DNA of 64,000 nucleotides from a virus (IMGVR_UViG_3300013093_003863:24770-88769), one strand, 5' to 3'; shown: positions 49,229 through 58,279, counted from the first letter of the stretch. Translations and numbers: made by a program. The notes: generated by a model not told the origin, from the letters alone.

Positions 49229-49473
49229 GACCACCTCAATAAAAACAGGGTGCGATCTTGTTCACGTTTAAACTCAAAAACACCTTCACCAACAAAACGC
49301 CATCCCGGCCCCGATACAGTGGCTCCTATACCGCCTCCAAATGTTTCTACACACCATTCCATGCAAGGTCGCCAACCCGGATCCGGGTTACCCGGATATA
49401 CATGTTTGCTGACGCGGTCTCGAATCGGTGCCGCCACACTGGCCACATACCAACCCGTTAATTCGTTCTTCAT
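49225..49473 (-). CDS. Small array paralog
   Basis: ends LFLLRWS; ATGA start. Confidence 0.65.
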   Translation of the reverse strand: MKNELTGWYVASVAAPIRDRVSKHVYPGNPDPGWRPCMEWCVETFGGGIGATVSGPGWRFVGEGVFEFKREQDRTLFLLRWS

Positions 49474-49691
49474 GCCCACCTCAATAAAAACACGGTAATT
49501 TCTTCATCGGTTCGAAACTGCCAAGTATCAAAACTTGTGCGGATTCCACAGTCGTTTTCTTTGCTCCAATGGTGTACGGGATCCATATCTCGTTCGTTAA
49601 GACCCCAGCCGGGATTGCTAGGCCAAAGTCCATAATCAACGTCGGCCCGCAATCTCATTCCGGTCCTGATCCATGTAATTTTTTTATTCAC
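49470..49691 (-). CDS. Small array paralog
   Basis: ends VFLLRWA. Confidence 0.65.
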   Translation of the reverse strand: MNKKITWIRTGMRLRADVDYGLWPSNPGWGLNERDMDPVHHWSKENDCGIRTSFDTWQFRTDEEITVFLLRWA

Positions 49692-49914
49692 GATTTAAAT
49701 ATTTAAGTATAAACCAAGTCTCCTTGGCGTCATCATAGAAATCCAAAAAGACTTGACGTTGTGTGCCATGTTGATCAGAATACCAACGATGTTCACGAAC
49801 TGTAAATCCCAGTTCACGCTTCATTACACCACGCATCACAACATAACTTCTTGGCCAGTCATCCAGTAACTGATCCTGAATCCTATCCCATTCTTTTTTA
49901 GTTAACGTAATCAT
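49684..49914 (-). CDS. Small array paralog
   Basis: ends WFILKYLNRE; ATGA start. Confidence 0.6.
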   Translation of the reverse strand: MITLTKKEWDRIQDQLLDDWPRSYVVMRGVMKRELGFTVREHRWYSDQHGTQRQVFLDFYDDAKETWFILKYLNRE

Positions 49915-50171
49915 GACCATTTCAATACAAATGCAGTATGACTGCTTTCTTGATCCCAACGTAGATACATGCCCTGTGTGCTGGTTACAATCAATCTACC
50001 ACCTAATGGTTTTAATTCATAGTTGATTACAGTTTTAATGTCCCACCCAGTTTTCTCGACTATTTTGCCACAATACGAGCAAAAGTTACTAAAATAACTT
50101 GGCCACTCATCGGCATCAAATCTACCAGTTGTCACACTAATACAAAATTTATCATTCGTGATCCGGTTCAT
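49911..50171 (-). CDS. Small array paralog
   Basis: ends AFVLKWS; ATGA start. Confidence 0.65.
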   Translation of the reverse strand: MNRITNDKFCISVTTGRFDADEWPSYFSNFCSYCGKIVEKTGWDIKTVINYELKPLGGRLIVTSTQGMYLRWDQESSHTAFVLKWS

Positions 50172-50395
50172 GCCCACCTCAATAAAAACAAGGTTCTATG
50201 ATGGCTGTCGGCAATATACAAGTCACAATGAAAAGTTTGTCGACCCTGTCGAGTACGACTATGTTCGCCTTGCCATTCATACTCAACTCCATTGTCCTTA
50301 CACCAATCATAAACGTCGTGTAAAAAATCTCGTACTGTGCGATATTGCTCCGCAGTGGCCGTTCCAGTCACAATATGTTCCTCAGGTCGTCTCAT
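50168..50395 (-). CDS. Small array paralog
   Basis: ends LFLLRWA; ATGA start. Confidence 0.65.
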   Translation of the reverse strand: MRRPEEHIVTGTATAEQYRTVRDFLHDVYDWCKDNGVEYEWQGEHSRTRQGRQTFHCDLYIADSHHRTLFLLRWA

Positions 50396-50619
50396 AGCCA
50401 CATCAGGGTAAAATAACTTGCATCTTCGGGACGTCGAAATCTAAAACTGAAACCTTTGGCTCCAACTAAACCACTGAGGTGATATTCCCCGCCCGCCGCA
50501 GTCGCAATCCAATCCAGTATTTTTCTTATAGGGTATTCAGGACCGCCCAAAACATCCTCCCAAAGTATTCGTACTTCGGTCCAGTCTTCGGGAGGAGGCC
50601 AAAATTCAAGTTGTTTCAA
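50392..50619 (-). CDS. Small array paralog
   Basis: ends YFTLMWL. Confidence 0.6.
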   Translation of the reverse strand: MKQLEFWPPPEDWTEVRILWEDVLGGPEYPIRKILDWIATAAGGEYHLSGLVGAKGFSFRFRRPEDASYFTLMWL

Positions 50620-50866
50620 AACGTTTGTATTTTAAATTAAAATAAGTCAAATTGTGTTCTTCTAAATCACCATACAGATGAACCTTATATCCATATCCAT
50701 AAATATCAGCACCTATTCCGTATGATAATGATTTGGGAACACAATTCTTCATGCACCATTTACCAGCTTCGCTTTGTTGCCATTCCCAAATTGAACCTGC
50801 AGCATATATTTCGGGATCATCATTATCACCCATTCTAAATTCATGTAATACTGTTCTTATAACCAT
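50606..50866 (-). CDS. Small array paralog
   Basis: ends YFNLKYKRFETT. Confidence 0.6.
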   Translation of the reverse strand: MVIRTVLHEFRMGDNDDPEIYAAGSIWEWQQSEAGKWCMKNCVPKSLSYGIGADIYGYGYKVHLYGDLEEHNLTYFNLKYKRFETT

Positions 50867-50869
50867 TTG

Positions 50870-51112
50870 CTAAAATACTCCGTTGTCATATTGATTCGTG
50901 TTTATTCGCTCACTGTATCCACAATACAATTGAAACATAAGTGCATCATGATCGTCCGCAAAAACGAAATCCATATGATTTGCCTTGGCACGCCATGCGT
51001 ATCGTTCAGTGTTGGGCATGCCAAATCGTTCTATTGACCATGCACATAACTCGTTCCACGCCGCATCATTGTTATAAGGTGATTGCCAGGGTACTCGTAC
51101 GGTTATCGCCAT
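50870..51112 (-). CDS. Small array paralog
   Basis: F.FADDHDALMFQL motif near C-terminus. Confidence 0.6.
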   Translation of the reverse strand: MAITVRVPWQSPYNNDAAWNELCAWSIERFGMPNTERYAWRAKANHMDFVFADDHDALMFQLYCGYSERINTNQYDNGVF

Positions 51113-51303
51113 TTTAATGCAAAGTGACTTGCGTCTTTGGGGTTGAGGAATCGAAAACGATATCGAGGATTTGGACCAAGCCCCAAATCCATATCAATTT
51201 CGTAATCAATGTCGTGTATCAAAAGCCAAGTGCCAGCGTCCAACGCTCGATCGGCACCTTCAATGGTTATAGTGGTCATGTTTAATTGTAACACATCCGC
51301 CAT
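51103..51303 (-). CDS. Small array paralog
   Basis: ends FRFLNPKDASHFALKWR. Confidence 0.6.
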   Translation of the reverse strand: MADVLQLNMTTITIEGADRALDAGTWLLIHDIDYEIDMDLGLGPNPRYRFRFLNPKDASHFALKWR

Positions 51304-51309
51304 TTGTTG

Positions 51310-51672
51310 TCAAAACGTCTGTTGTTTTAATGTTTCCCATACCTTTTTCTGGTCCAGGAACTTTTGACGCAATCGCTCATATTCTTGTGCACAGGCTTTG
51401 AGTTCTTCAAACTCTTCTTCCAACCGGGGATCGGGAGTGAGCATGGCCAATTGGTTTCGAATTTCTCGTAGTGTTTCCATTAGACTGGCATCTCCAAATT
51501 TTATGTCGGCACCTTCATCCATTTGCAGTGTCTTGCCCTGTATAACAGTACTTGAACTCCAAGCGGGGCTTATCGAGGTATTGACATAGTACTGTCCACT
51601 GGCACTTGATAAATTTTGCCATGGGGTTGCTGGTACTGTAAGGTTACCGTAGCTTGTTGGGTAATAACTCAT
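51310..51672 (-). CDS. Hypothetical protein heading the array operon
   Basis: 120 aa; TATAAT 7 nt upstream of ATG. Confidence 0.55.
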   Translation of the reverse strand: MSYYPTSYGNLTVPATPWQNLSSASGQYYVNTSISPAWSSSTVIQGKTLQMDEGADIKFGDASLMETLREIRNQLAMLTPDPRLEEEFEELKACAQEYERLRQKFLDQKKVWETLKQQTF

Positions 51673-51757
51673 AAATACATTATACGTTATTTGCGACTAC
51701 AAAGTCAAGTTCTACCAAATAATTGGATAAATATTTACTACACAACAGGAGCATTTG

Positions 51758-52804
51758 ATGACCGAACGCAGGAAAATTCGTTGGTTAATTGCACATTTCC
51801 CGCAATACTTATTTGTAAGAACTGCCAAAGCCTTCAAGCATGAGTTAGAAAAATTGTGCCCGGGAGAATTTGAAATAGAAATTCTTACTATGTCTGAATA
51901 TGCCGACCAGTACAACAAGCATCCCGAGTTCAAATCATCGCCGCCGGTGATTGCCGGTTTAGATGGTAAAGTCAATACCAATGATCATGTCAAGACGAAC
52001 ACCAGCTGGGCTCAAAATGCAAAAAAATGGGCAGCACTATTCCAAGCTCTCGGCGACGACGAATTTCAATTGAGTCAAACCCAAATCAGCATAATTGGAA
52101 ACGAGCTGGACAAAAATTTCCACGCCATAGATTTACCATTCTTGTTTGATGATCACGACCACGTGACGCGAGTACTAGATGGCGACATAGGCAATAAATT
52201 ATGTACCGAGATCGGGCAAAAAACACCAATTACAGCATTGGCATTTACATATTCTGGCGGTTATCGAGTAATTGGCTCGAATACAAAAATTACCAATTTG
52301 TCAGATTTGGCCAACACCAACTTATTGACTCAAACTGCACACAGCGTGAAACTGTTTGAAGAAATTGGAGCTAAACCGGTTCGCAGATTGGCACTGAGTG
52401 GAGATCAATTGGCCGATGTTGCCAACGATCCAGCAGCATCAGTAGAAACCACATACTTACGCTTTAGCGGTAAACATGTTTACAAAACCGAACACAGTAT
52501 GTTTACTACAAGTATTTTGACCGGTAACAAGTTTTGGAATTCATTAACCAACAAACAACAGGACGCTTTCCGTATTGCTGCAAAGAAAACAGCCAAACAC
52601 GAACGCAAATGGAGCATTGATGATGCAAAAAAATACGAAGATCTTGCACAAGAAAATGGTGTTGAAATCATTGGTATTAGCGAACAAGATCGAGCAGTTT
52701 TGCAACAGGCCGCTCTTTTAACCTACCAAGAACTTGAATCATTGGGCATTGATCCAATATTGGTACAGTCTATTATAGCACAACGAAACAGTCACATACA
52801 GTAA
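51758..52804 (+). CDS. TRAP transporter DctP-like solute-binding protein
   Basis: DLPFLFDDHDH, YSGGYR, FWNSLTNKQQ; no obvious signal peptide. Confidence 0.75.
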   Translation: MTERRKIRWLIAHFPQYLFVRTAKAFKHELEKLCPGEFEIEILTMSEYADQYNKHPEFKSSPPVIAGLDGKVNTNDHVKTNTSWAQNAKKWAALFQALGDDEFQLSQTQISIIGNELDKNFHAIDLPFLFDDHDHVTRVLDGDIGNKLCTEIGQKTPITALAFTYSGGYRVIGSNTKITNLSDLANTNLLTQTAHSVKLFEEIGAKPVRRLALSGDQLADVANDPAASVETTYLRFSGKHVYKTEHSMFTTSILTGNKFWNSLTNKQQDAFRIAAKKTAKHERKWSIDDAKKYEDLAQENGVEIIGISEQDRAVLQQAALLTYQELESLGIDPILVQSIIAQRNSHIQ

Positions 52805-52814
52805 TTGTACCAAG

Positions 52815-52842
52815 AAAAAACCCGCTGATTCAGCGGGTTTTT
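52815..52842. terminator. Bidirectional intrinsic terminator
   Basis: A6-CCCGCTG-att-CAGCGGG-T5 between convergent genes. Confidence 0.85.
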
Positions 52843-52861
52843 CACGACTAATAATTTAGAA

Positions 52862-53146
52862 TTATACCAGTCCCATTGCCATTGCTTTGTAAGCAACAGC
52901 CACCATTTTGCGACTGGCTTCACCATGCACATACTCGGTAACTACAACACCGTTCTTGGCCACACGAGTGTTGGCATAAATTGCATATCCGCGATTGCGA
53001 ATAACACTGATTGTGGCACTTGGGTTCTTGATACCAAAACGCTTGGCGATTTGACCTTCGCTTAGGGTTTCACCATTGAGTACCAATGCTTGGAATAGTT
53101 TACCTTGTTTTGTTTCGAGGTCGAAATGTTTCAAACTGATTGACAT
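52862..53146 (-). CDS. Winged helix-turn-helix DNA-binding protein
   Basis: GETLSEGQIAKRFGIKNPSATISVIRNRGY. Confidence 0.6.
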   Translation of the reverse strand: MSISLKHFDLETKQGKLFQALVLNGETLSEGQIAKRFGIKNPSATISVIRNRGYAIYANTRVAKNGVVVTEYVHGEASRKMVAVAYKAMAMGLV

Positions 53147-53231
53147 AAAAATTTCCTTTAAAATATTTGCAGTAATTTCAACTGCTACGTCTATTATAAT
53201 GCAACTGTTACAAAATAGCAACAAGTTTTGG

Positions 53232-53594
53232 TTAAACATCTTGATCATCGTTGTCCAAAACTTGCCACCCCAACCGCTTTAAATCGTCGATTATTTCCAT
53301 GGTAACCACACCTTCAGGAACATATCCCTCGGGAGAATCGTCGTTAATAATTCCCGAGCAGTACCAATTTAAATACTCACCTTCTTCCCTAAGATCAGCC
53401 ACCACACCACCGGCCCGGCGCCAACTGCAACCCCAAGTGTCCCCTTTAAGTATAACCCAAGGTTCCATTTTTTGAAAGTCGTTGTTGCACATGGCGGCAT
53501 AGAGATTTTGAGCGTATGCTTCGCTGGCTCGTACTTTGGTTCGAAACCATTCGGCCGCCATCATGTCCTCAAACATATTTGGAGCGTCGTTCAT
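53232..53594 (-). CDS. Hypothetical phage protein
   Basis: 120 aa; YAQNLYAAMCNN, WGCSWR.AGG. Confidence 0.6.
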   Translation of the reverse strand: MNDAPNMFEDMMAAEWFRTKVRASEAYAQNLYAAMCNNDFQKMEPWVILKGDTWGCSWRRAGGVVADLREEGEYLNWYCSGIINDDSPEGYVPEGVVTMEIIDDLKRLGWQVLDNDDQDV

Positions 53595-53926
53595 GCTATT
53601 ATGGGTGCAGTTTTTGCTCGGTCACTGTAGATCGCAGTGCCACGAGCACGTATTAGATCCACTGCCGCTTGCGGGTTGTCCTCAAACATAACCTTCATAT
53701 CCGTCACGCTTATGTTGTGTTCCACTGTTATTGTATATATCTCGTAGCATCGGTGTGCGTTGATGCGGGCCCGCATCATCATGTTAGCAATGGGTAAACT
53801 GGGCGGTCGAGTGTTGCTCAGTTTAGCCCACATTAGTTTTCGTTCGTAGGTACTGATATCAAGGACCGACTCTAAGCCTTGATTGTCCCACATCATTAAA
53901 AATTTGTTAGGTTCCGGTTTGCTCAT
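53591..53926 (-). CDS. Hypothetical protein
   Basis: 111 aa, ATGA-coupled. Confidence 0.55.
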   Translation of the reverse strand: MSKPEPNKFLMMWDNQGLESVLDISTYERKLMWAKLSNTRPPSLPIANMMMRARINAHRCYEIYTITVEHNISVTDMKVMFEDNPQAAVDLIRARGTAIYSDRAKTAPIIA

Positions 53927-54174
53927 TTTCCATCGATAATCTCAATCTTGGTCACATTGGCCACTTTGAAACTACGCCATTCTTGCTTGTCCAAGCAGTA
54001 GGCACTTATTACAGTTTCGTTTTTGGCCTTGGTTTTTTTGCTTTCGTTCAACTTGGCCGGCAATGCCTCAGATCTCAGCGTACAGGGCATGACCCGTACA
54101 CTGCCATCTAGTTTGGTAAAGGTAACTTCACAATCGTTGTTGTGCAATAAATCTACAATTTCTTGATATTCCAT
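53923..54174 (-). CDS. WYL-like/Sm-fold small protein
   Basis: VTFTKLDGSVRVMPCTL...DKQEWRSF. Confidence 0.6.
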   Translation of the reverse strand: MEYQEIVDLLHNNDCEVTFTKLDGSVRVMPCTLRSEALPAKLNESKKTKAKNETVISAYCLDKQEWRSFKVANVTKIEIIDGK

Positions 54175-54192
54175 AACAGTCTCCTATACTTA

Positions 54193-54221
54193 ATTATATG
54201 CTATTATAACTCATTTGTCAA
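54193..54221 (-). promoter_or_regulatory. Consensus sigma70 promoter
   Basis: TTGACA-17-TATAAT. Confidence 0.8.
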
Positions 54222-54267
54222 CTCGTAATTTTGGCAAATGGCGTAAATACAACAAAGGATTTGCAAA

Positions 54268-54642
54268 ATGTCAATATACACTCCACCAAATTACGGAGCC
54301 CAATACCCAGGAAGCCCAATTTATGGTCAACCTCCAGCTACAGGGATTGCAAATCGTACTCCTATAACACCCGGCCCCGAAACTGCTCGGTCCAATTTAT
54401 CCAATCCTACACCACCGGCACCAACAATAGGAACCAAGATCAAGGTTCACAATCCGGTCACACCCAGTCCAGTGGCTGCTCCTGTACATGTTCCAATAAC
54501 ACCTCCGCCCGTGATTGGCGTTCCGGCACGTACTCCATTGATAACTCCCTTGGGAACTCATCCCACGTATACCACTCCCACCGAGCGTTGGGAATACGAT
54601 TACGGCAACGGCGGAGCCGGCAACGGTGATGGCGGACCTTAA
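54268..54642 (+). CDS. Pro/Thr-rich low-complexity protein
   Basis: 124 aa; TAAATA and AAGGA upstream. Confidence 0.5.
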   Translation: MSIYTPPNYGAQYPGSPIYGQPPATGIANRTPITPGPETARSNLSNPTPPAPTIGTKIKVHNPVTPSPVAAPVHVPITPPPVIGVPARTPLITPLGTHPTYTTPTERWEYDYGNGGAGNGDGGP

Positions 54643-54687
54643 TTTACTATTTTGGATAAATAATTGTATCTAATAAAGGAATAGAAC

Positions 54688-54978
54688 ATGGCAATATCTC
54701 CACAAACTGGCATACCCGCATATCTAGGCACCAACGGTGCCAACGGAACAACTGCGGTTGGTAAGAGAAACAAAGTGGCAAACACACTAGGTACCAGTGC
54801 AACCACTGGCCAACCCAACTATCCAGCCAGCACTGTAAGTGCAGCAACTGGTACTCCGGCTTATCTAGGCCCAAATAGCAGCAACGGCACTACTGTTACA
54901 GCTAGACCGGCCGCTGGTTCATTGAATGTCAACACAACTGTAACCGGAAAACCAGTATACGGCGGTGTTTATAGTTAA
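54688..54978 (+). CDS. Small protein with four TG-x-P-x-Y repeats
   Basis: TGIPAY, TGQPNY, TGTPAY, TGKPVY; TAAATA and AAGGA upstream. Confidence 0.55.
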   Translation: MAISPQTGIPAYLGTNGANGTTAVGKRNKVANTLGTSATTGQPNYPASTVSAATGTPAYLGPNSSNGTTVTARPAAGSLNVNTTVTGKPVYGGVYS

Positions 54979-54980
54979 TC

Positions 54981-55208
54981 ATGGCCGATAAAGAAACTGC
55001 AACAACTGTCAAGGTAGCCAGTCCAGTTATCTCTGTTGTGGCTGCACCAAAATCCAAAATAGTTGCTCCTGTGGTAGCAACGACTACACCGCTACCGCCA
55101 AAGTCAATTGCTCCTACTGTTGCAACAACCATTCCAGCGTTAACAACAAGACCTGCCCCTGGCGGTGATACTGTTCAGCCAGCAGCAATTGGCAAGGCAA
55201 AATATTAA
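54981..55208 (+). CDS. Pro/Thr/Ala-rich low-complexity protein
   Basis: 75 aa, 2 nt after previous stop. Confidence 0.5.
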   Translation: MADKETATTVKVASPVISVVAAPKSKIVAPVVATTTPLPPKSIAPTVATTIPALTTRPAPGGDTVQPAAIGKAKY

Positions 55209-55832
55209 TTAATCCGTTACAGGTTTAATACCGCGACCCAGTATAGTTCCATATACTGGGTTTTCTTCTGTGTAAAGCACTTCAAATCCGTGATTCATCA
55301 AAAACGGCACCACTGCACCACTCTTGCCCGAATAGTGTCCCCACCACTTGTTGTACCAGGTGTCATCGCAGACAACAAGACTTGTGGGTGCTAAACGTGA
55401 TACTGCCAACTCGGCTTGCCTTAAATGTGCACGTTGACTATTGACATTGTTCATTTCAGGCATACCCAAATCACGATAACGCTGTTGTTGCTCCAACACA
55501 AACGCTTCGGTTCGATCCGGATGCCAATCCCAATCAAAATTATCTAGATATAAAAAACTTATATAAGCAATGTGCCCGGGAAAAGTCGCCAAGTAATCTT
55601 CTCCGGTGCTCTGCACAACTTCTACATTGGGCAAGGCCAGCAAACGAACTAGATCACAATGATGTGGATCTACATCCACAGTCCACAAGTATCGACCTTT
55701 GCGTAGAGCCCATTCGGCCAATACCTGTGTGCTACCATCGTCCCCGGCACGACCGCATCCGATCTCGACCCAACAACCGGGTTCGGTCAGCTGATCAATG
55801 TACTGTTCGGCTTTGCGAAATACTGCTCCCAT
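55209..55832 (-). CDS. SAM-dependent methyltransferase-like protein
   Basis: WVEIGCG, TVDVD, LYLD, VVCDDT. Confidence 0.7.
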   Translation of the reverse strand: MGAVFRKAEQYIDQLTEPGCWVEIGCGRAGDDGSTQVLAEWALRKGRYLWTVDVDPHHCDLVRLLALPNVEVVQSTGEDYLATFPGHIAYISFLYLDNFDWDWHPDRTEAFVLEQQQRYRDLGMPEMNNVNSQRAHLRQAELAVSRLAPTSLVVCDDTWYNKWWGHYSGKSGAVVPFLMNHGFEVLYTEENPVYGTILGRGIKPVTD

Positions 55833-55996
55833 TATGTTGCGGCTTTATCCTTCTTGTTAGTGCGAAATTTAGATTCGTTCTCAATTACTCGTACAAAACT
55901 ACGAATAAATGCTCCACGTTGATGTCTATCTGTGTAAGCGGCCGCACTGCGTTTTACCTGCTTGGGTAATTTGATTGCTCTAGGATCGTATGCCAT
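55832..55996 (-). CDS. Small basic protein (absent from ORF track)
   Basis: MAYDPRAIKLPKQVKR..., 54 aa; AGGA SD; TAATG coupling. Confidence 0.5.
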   Translation of the reverse strand: MAYDPRAIKLPKQVKRSAAAYTDRHQRGAFIRSFVRVIENESKFRTNKKDKAAT

Positions 55997-56006
55997 TTAT
56001 ATTCCT

Positions 56007-56189
56007 TTAGGCTTTTTTAGTCGCAGCTCTTGCGTTTTTAGTCTCGGTAATTTCATTACGGCGAGCCTTTACTGCCTTGGCCAGTTCTTGTAGTGCTTTG
56101 CGAGCACGAGTTCCGGCGGCATTATTGCCCGCTTCGAACTTTTCATTTTCGGCTAGGTATGCTTCGTAATGTGTTTTTAAATCAGTCAT
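56007..56189 (-). CDS. Histone H1-like Hc1-type small protein
   Basis: KFEAGNNAAGTRARKALQELAK...R.EI. Confidence 0.65.
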   Translation of the reverse strand: MTDLKTHYEAYLAENEKFEAGNNAAGTRARKALQELAKAVKARRNEITETKNARAATKKA

Positions 56190-56592
56190 TTTTGTTTCCT
56201 TTAGTTTGTTTTGCTATTTCCTTATATCCAGCCCAACTTGGGTGAATTCCGTCTGGTTGCAGTCGAGTAATTGGTAATACTGCATCACCGTGTTCCTTGG
56301 CCACTTCTCGTACAATCGCTTGTACGTCGGGTTTGATTGCCGGCAAGATCCAAAATACCCTATTGCCTTTAACCTTGCCACGCACCCGTTCCAGTTCTTT
56401 TCGTGTCTTGATACCTTTATGATCGTTTGAGCCTAGACTGATAATAACTGTTTTGGCAGTCAAATCATTTTTCAAATAGTCTCGATTCCAAGCCCAAGTG
56501 TTCCACCCGCTCTTGGCATACGCCACACATTCGGGTCTAAACATTTGTGTACCTACTGCTATACTATCGCCTAGTACTAAACAATCAATCAT
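56182..56592 (-). CDS. SGNH/GDSL hydrolase-like protein
   Basis: LGDSIA, SLGSND, DGIHP. Confidence 0.75.
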   Translation of the reverse strand: MIDCLVLGDSIAVGTQMFRPECVAYAKSGWNTWAWNRDYLKNDLTAKTVIISLGSNDHKGIKTRKELERVRGKVKGNRVFWILPAIKPDVQAIVREVAKEHGDAVLPITRLQPDGIHPSWAGYKEIAKQTKGNKND

Positions 56593-56980
56593 TGTTATCA
56601 ACCTCTATAGTAATTGGACCGTAAAATATTACATCTCTATCACTCCATTCCCACCCTAGTTGTTCAGGGCCATATTCATAATCCGTTTGGAATGATTCTA
56701 TTAGTTCGGCTTTTTCATCTTCAGTGAGATCGCCTTCGATGCCCCATTCAATGCGTTCGCCTTCATCTTCATCTACCCAACCAAACACTCCGGTATGAAT
56801 TCCCTCTTCACTGTCGGGATCGTATTCGGCCCATGCGTCTTCAGTTTCGTCCCAATCTTCCGGATTGGAATAAACTGCATAGGTGTTAAAACGATTTACA
56901 AACGTAATAGTCTTGCCTGCCTTTGTAAATTCAATACGCTCCACTGCACTGTCTTCCTGGTCTGGTGAGAATTTAATCAT
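56585..56980 (-). CDS. Acidic hypothetical protein
   Basis: 131 aa; GGAG SD. Confidence 0.55.
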   Translation of the reverse strand: MIKFSPDQEDSAVERIEFTKAGKTITFVNRFNTYAVYSNPEDWDETEDAWAEYDPDSEEGIHTGVFGWVDEDEGERIEWGIEGDLTEDEKAELIESFQTDYEYGPEQLGWEWSDRDVIFYGPITIEVDNND

Positions 56981-57888
56981 ACTGTCTCCTTTGCATCTGG
57001 ATCTACTGCTAGGCCCTGCCATGCCTTGATTTTGACTTCTTCATCATTGTATACATTGGTCCACTGCTCGCCAGTCCACCGTGCTTGATGCGTCCACTCA
57101 CTTTTACCTGCAGGTTTAATCATGTAATTGCCGGTACGCACCGGTTTAATTTTCTTAGGGAACCACTCGGTCATGGGATAGTCAATGTCATCCATTTCTC
57201 TGTACTTTTCCCATTTGCCTGTAGTATCCCGGCTACCAGCAATGTAAAAGCCAAAACTACTGCTTTTACCATCGGTACTACCACCCCAATTGTCAATCTC
57301 TTCGCCATCGTACAACACCGAGTTGATAATAGGTTCACCATCAATTTCATCGTAGCCCAATATCAACTTGGCGATGTCAAATGGTTGTGTTAGTTCAATT
57401 TCACCTTCAAAGAATGTGCCCTTTTCATTACTGTCGCCCAAGAACACAACTGTACCTGCCGCTTCTTGATCAATCCACACTTCATCATTGCAGTCAAATT
57501 CGGGCTCGGGTTCTTCTTCATTGAATCCAGTTAAGCCATCTAGTTGACGTTCGTAAACTGTCTCGCCAGTTTCATCTTCAATTTGTAGTGTGCCAGCATC
57601 TCTATTGACTCCATGTGCATGTGCCAAATTATCACACTCGTACCATGAACCTGCAGGGAACGGTTGCATCTCTTCAGGAATATTGTTTTCCTCTGCGTAG
57701 TCACTATCCCAAGCATAGTCAGTGAGATCTAGTCTACGACTTTTAAAGTAATCGTAAATTTCTCGATCTACTGTACCCATAACTTTCTCACCACCATAGC
57801 CCCATAGACTAATTTTGTAGGTACGTGGTGTAAACTTTAATACTTCCAATAACTTTTCATGTTCGGGGTTTGAGATTTCTTCAGTCAT
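56977..57888 (-). CDS. Acidic hypothetical protein
   Basis: 303 aa from MTEEIS. Confidence 0.6.
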   Translation of the reverse strand: MTEEISNPEHEKLLEVLKFTPRTYKISLWGYGGEKVMGTVDREIYDYFKSRRLDLTDYAWDSDYAEENNIPEEMQPFPAGSWYECDNLAHAHGVNRDAGTLQIEDETGETVYERQLDGLTGFNEEEPEPEFDCNDEVWIDQEAAGTVVFLGDSNEKGTFFEGEIELTQPFDIAKLILGYDEIDGEPIINSVLYDGEEIDNWGGSTDGKSSSFGFYIAGSRDTTGKWEKYREMDDIDYPMTEWFPKKIKPVRTGNYMIKPAGKSEWTHQARWTGEQWTNVYNDEEVKIKAWQGLAVDPDAKETV

Positions 57889-57896
57889 TTTTGATC

Positions 57897-58094
57897 CTAT
57901 TGATGATTTAGTTGCCACCATGCCAACCATTGCGTAAAACTATTATACACTTCTCTTGCTTCTCGGTCATCCTGTTCGAGTTTTTTGCCTCTAACATAAA
58001 ACCCATCTGGGCCAATACGCAACCATTCCTCGGGTTCGTTGTTTTCGTTTGTTAAAAACGTAATGGTATTTTTTATTGCTTCAGTATCAGCCAT
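57897..58094 (-). CDS. Hypothetical protein
   Basis: 65 aa; GAGG SD. Confidence 0.5.
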   Translation of the reverse strand: MADTEAIKNTITFLTNENNEPEEWLRIGPDGFYVRGKKLEQDDREAREVYNSFTQWLAWWQLNHQ

Positions 58095-58279
58095 GTATAT
58101 TCCTCTTCGGTAAATGTTACACTCATTTGAATCCATCCATTACTATATGCTTCTTGAATAGCTTTTGCAATTCTTTTGGGACAATTGAGATCAATTTCAA
58201 GAAAGGCTCTATTACCTACCACTACGCCATCTGACACTGTGTAGCCGGGATCGTCTCGTCTTACTACTTTGAATGCCAT
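58073..58279 (-). CDS. Hypothetical protein
   Basis: 68 aa. Confidence 0.5.
   Translation of the reverse strand: MAFKVVRRDDPGYTVSDGVVVGNRAFLEIDLNCPKRIAKAIQEAYSNGWIQMSVTFTEEEYTWLILKQ

Larger units (their letters stand above)
48096..51303 (-). repeat. Tandem array of 14 small paralogous genes with C-terminal F-x-L-[RKTMY]-[WYC] motif
   Basis: Endings FLLKY, FVLRW, FALTY, FALRW, FLLRW (x4), FILKY, FVLKW, FTLMW, FNLKY, FQLYC, FALKW; DNA junction repeat TCATG(A/C)CCACCTCA(A/G)TAAAAA. Confidence 0.8.

Noticed and set aside
48786-50200. Repeated about 20-bp sequence at roughly 220-250 bp spacing as a CRISPR array or integron attC sites
   Set aside because: The spacers are whole ORFs, the repeats are coding and non-palindromic, and no cas or integrase gene is in the window.
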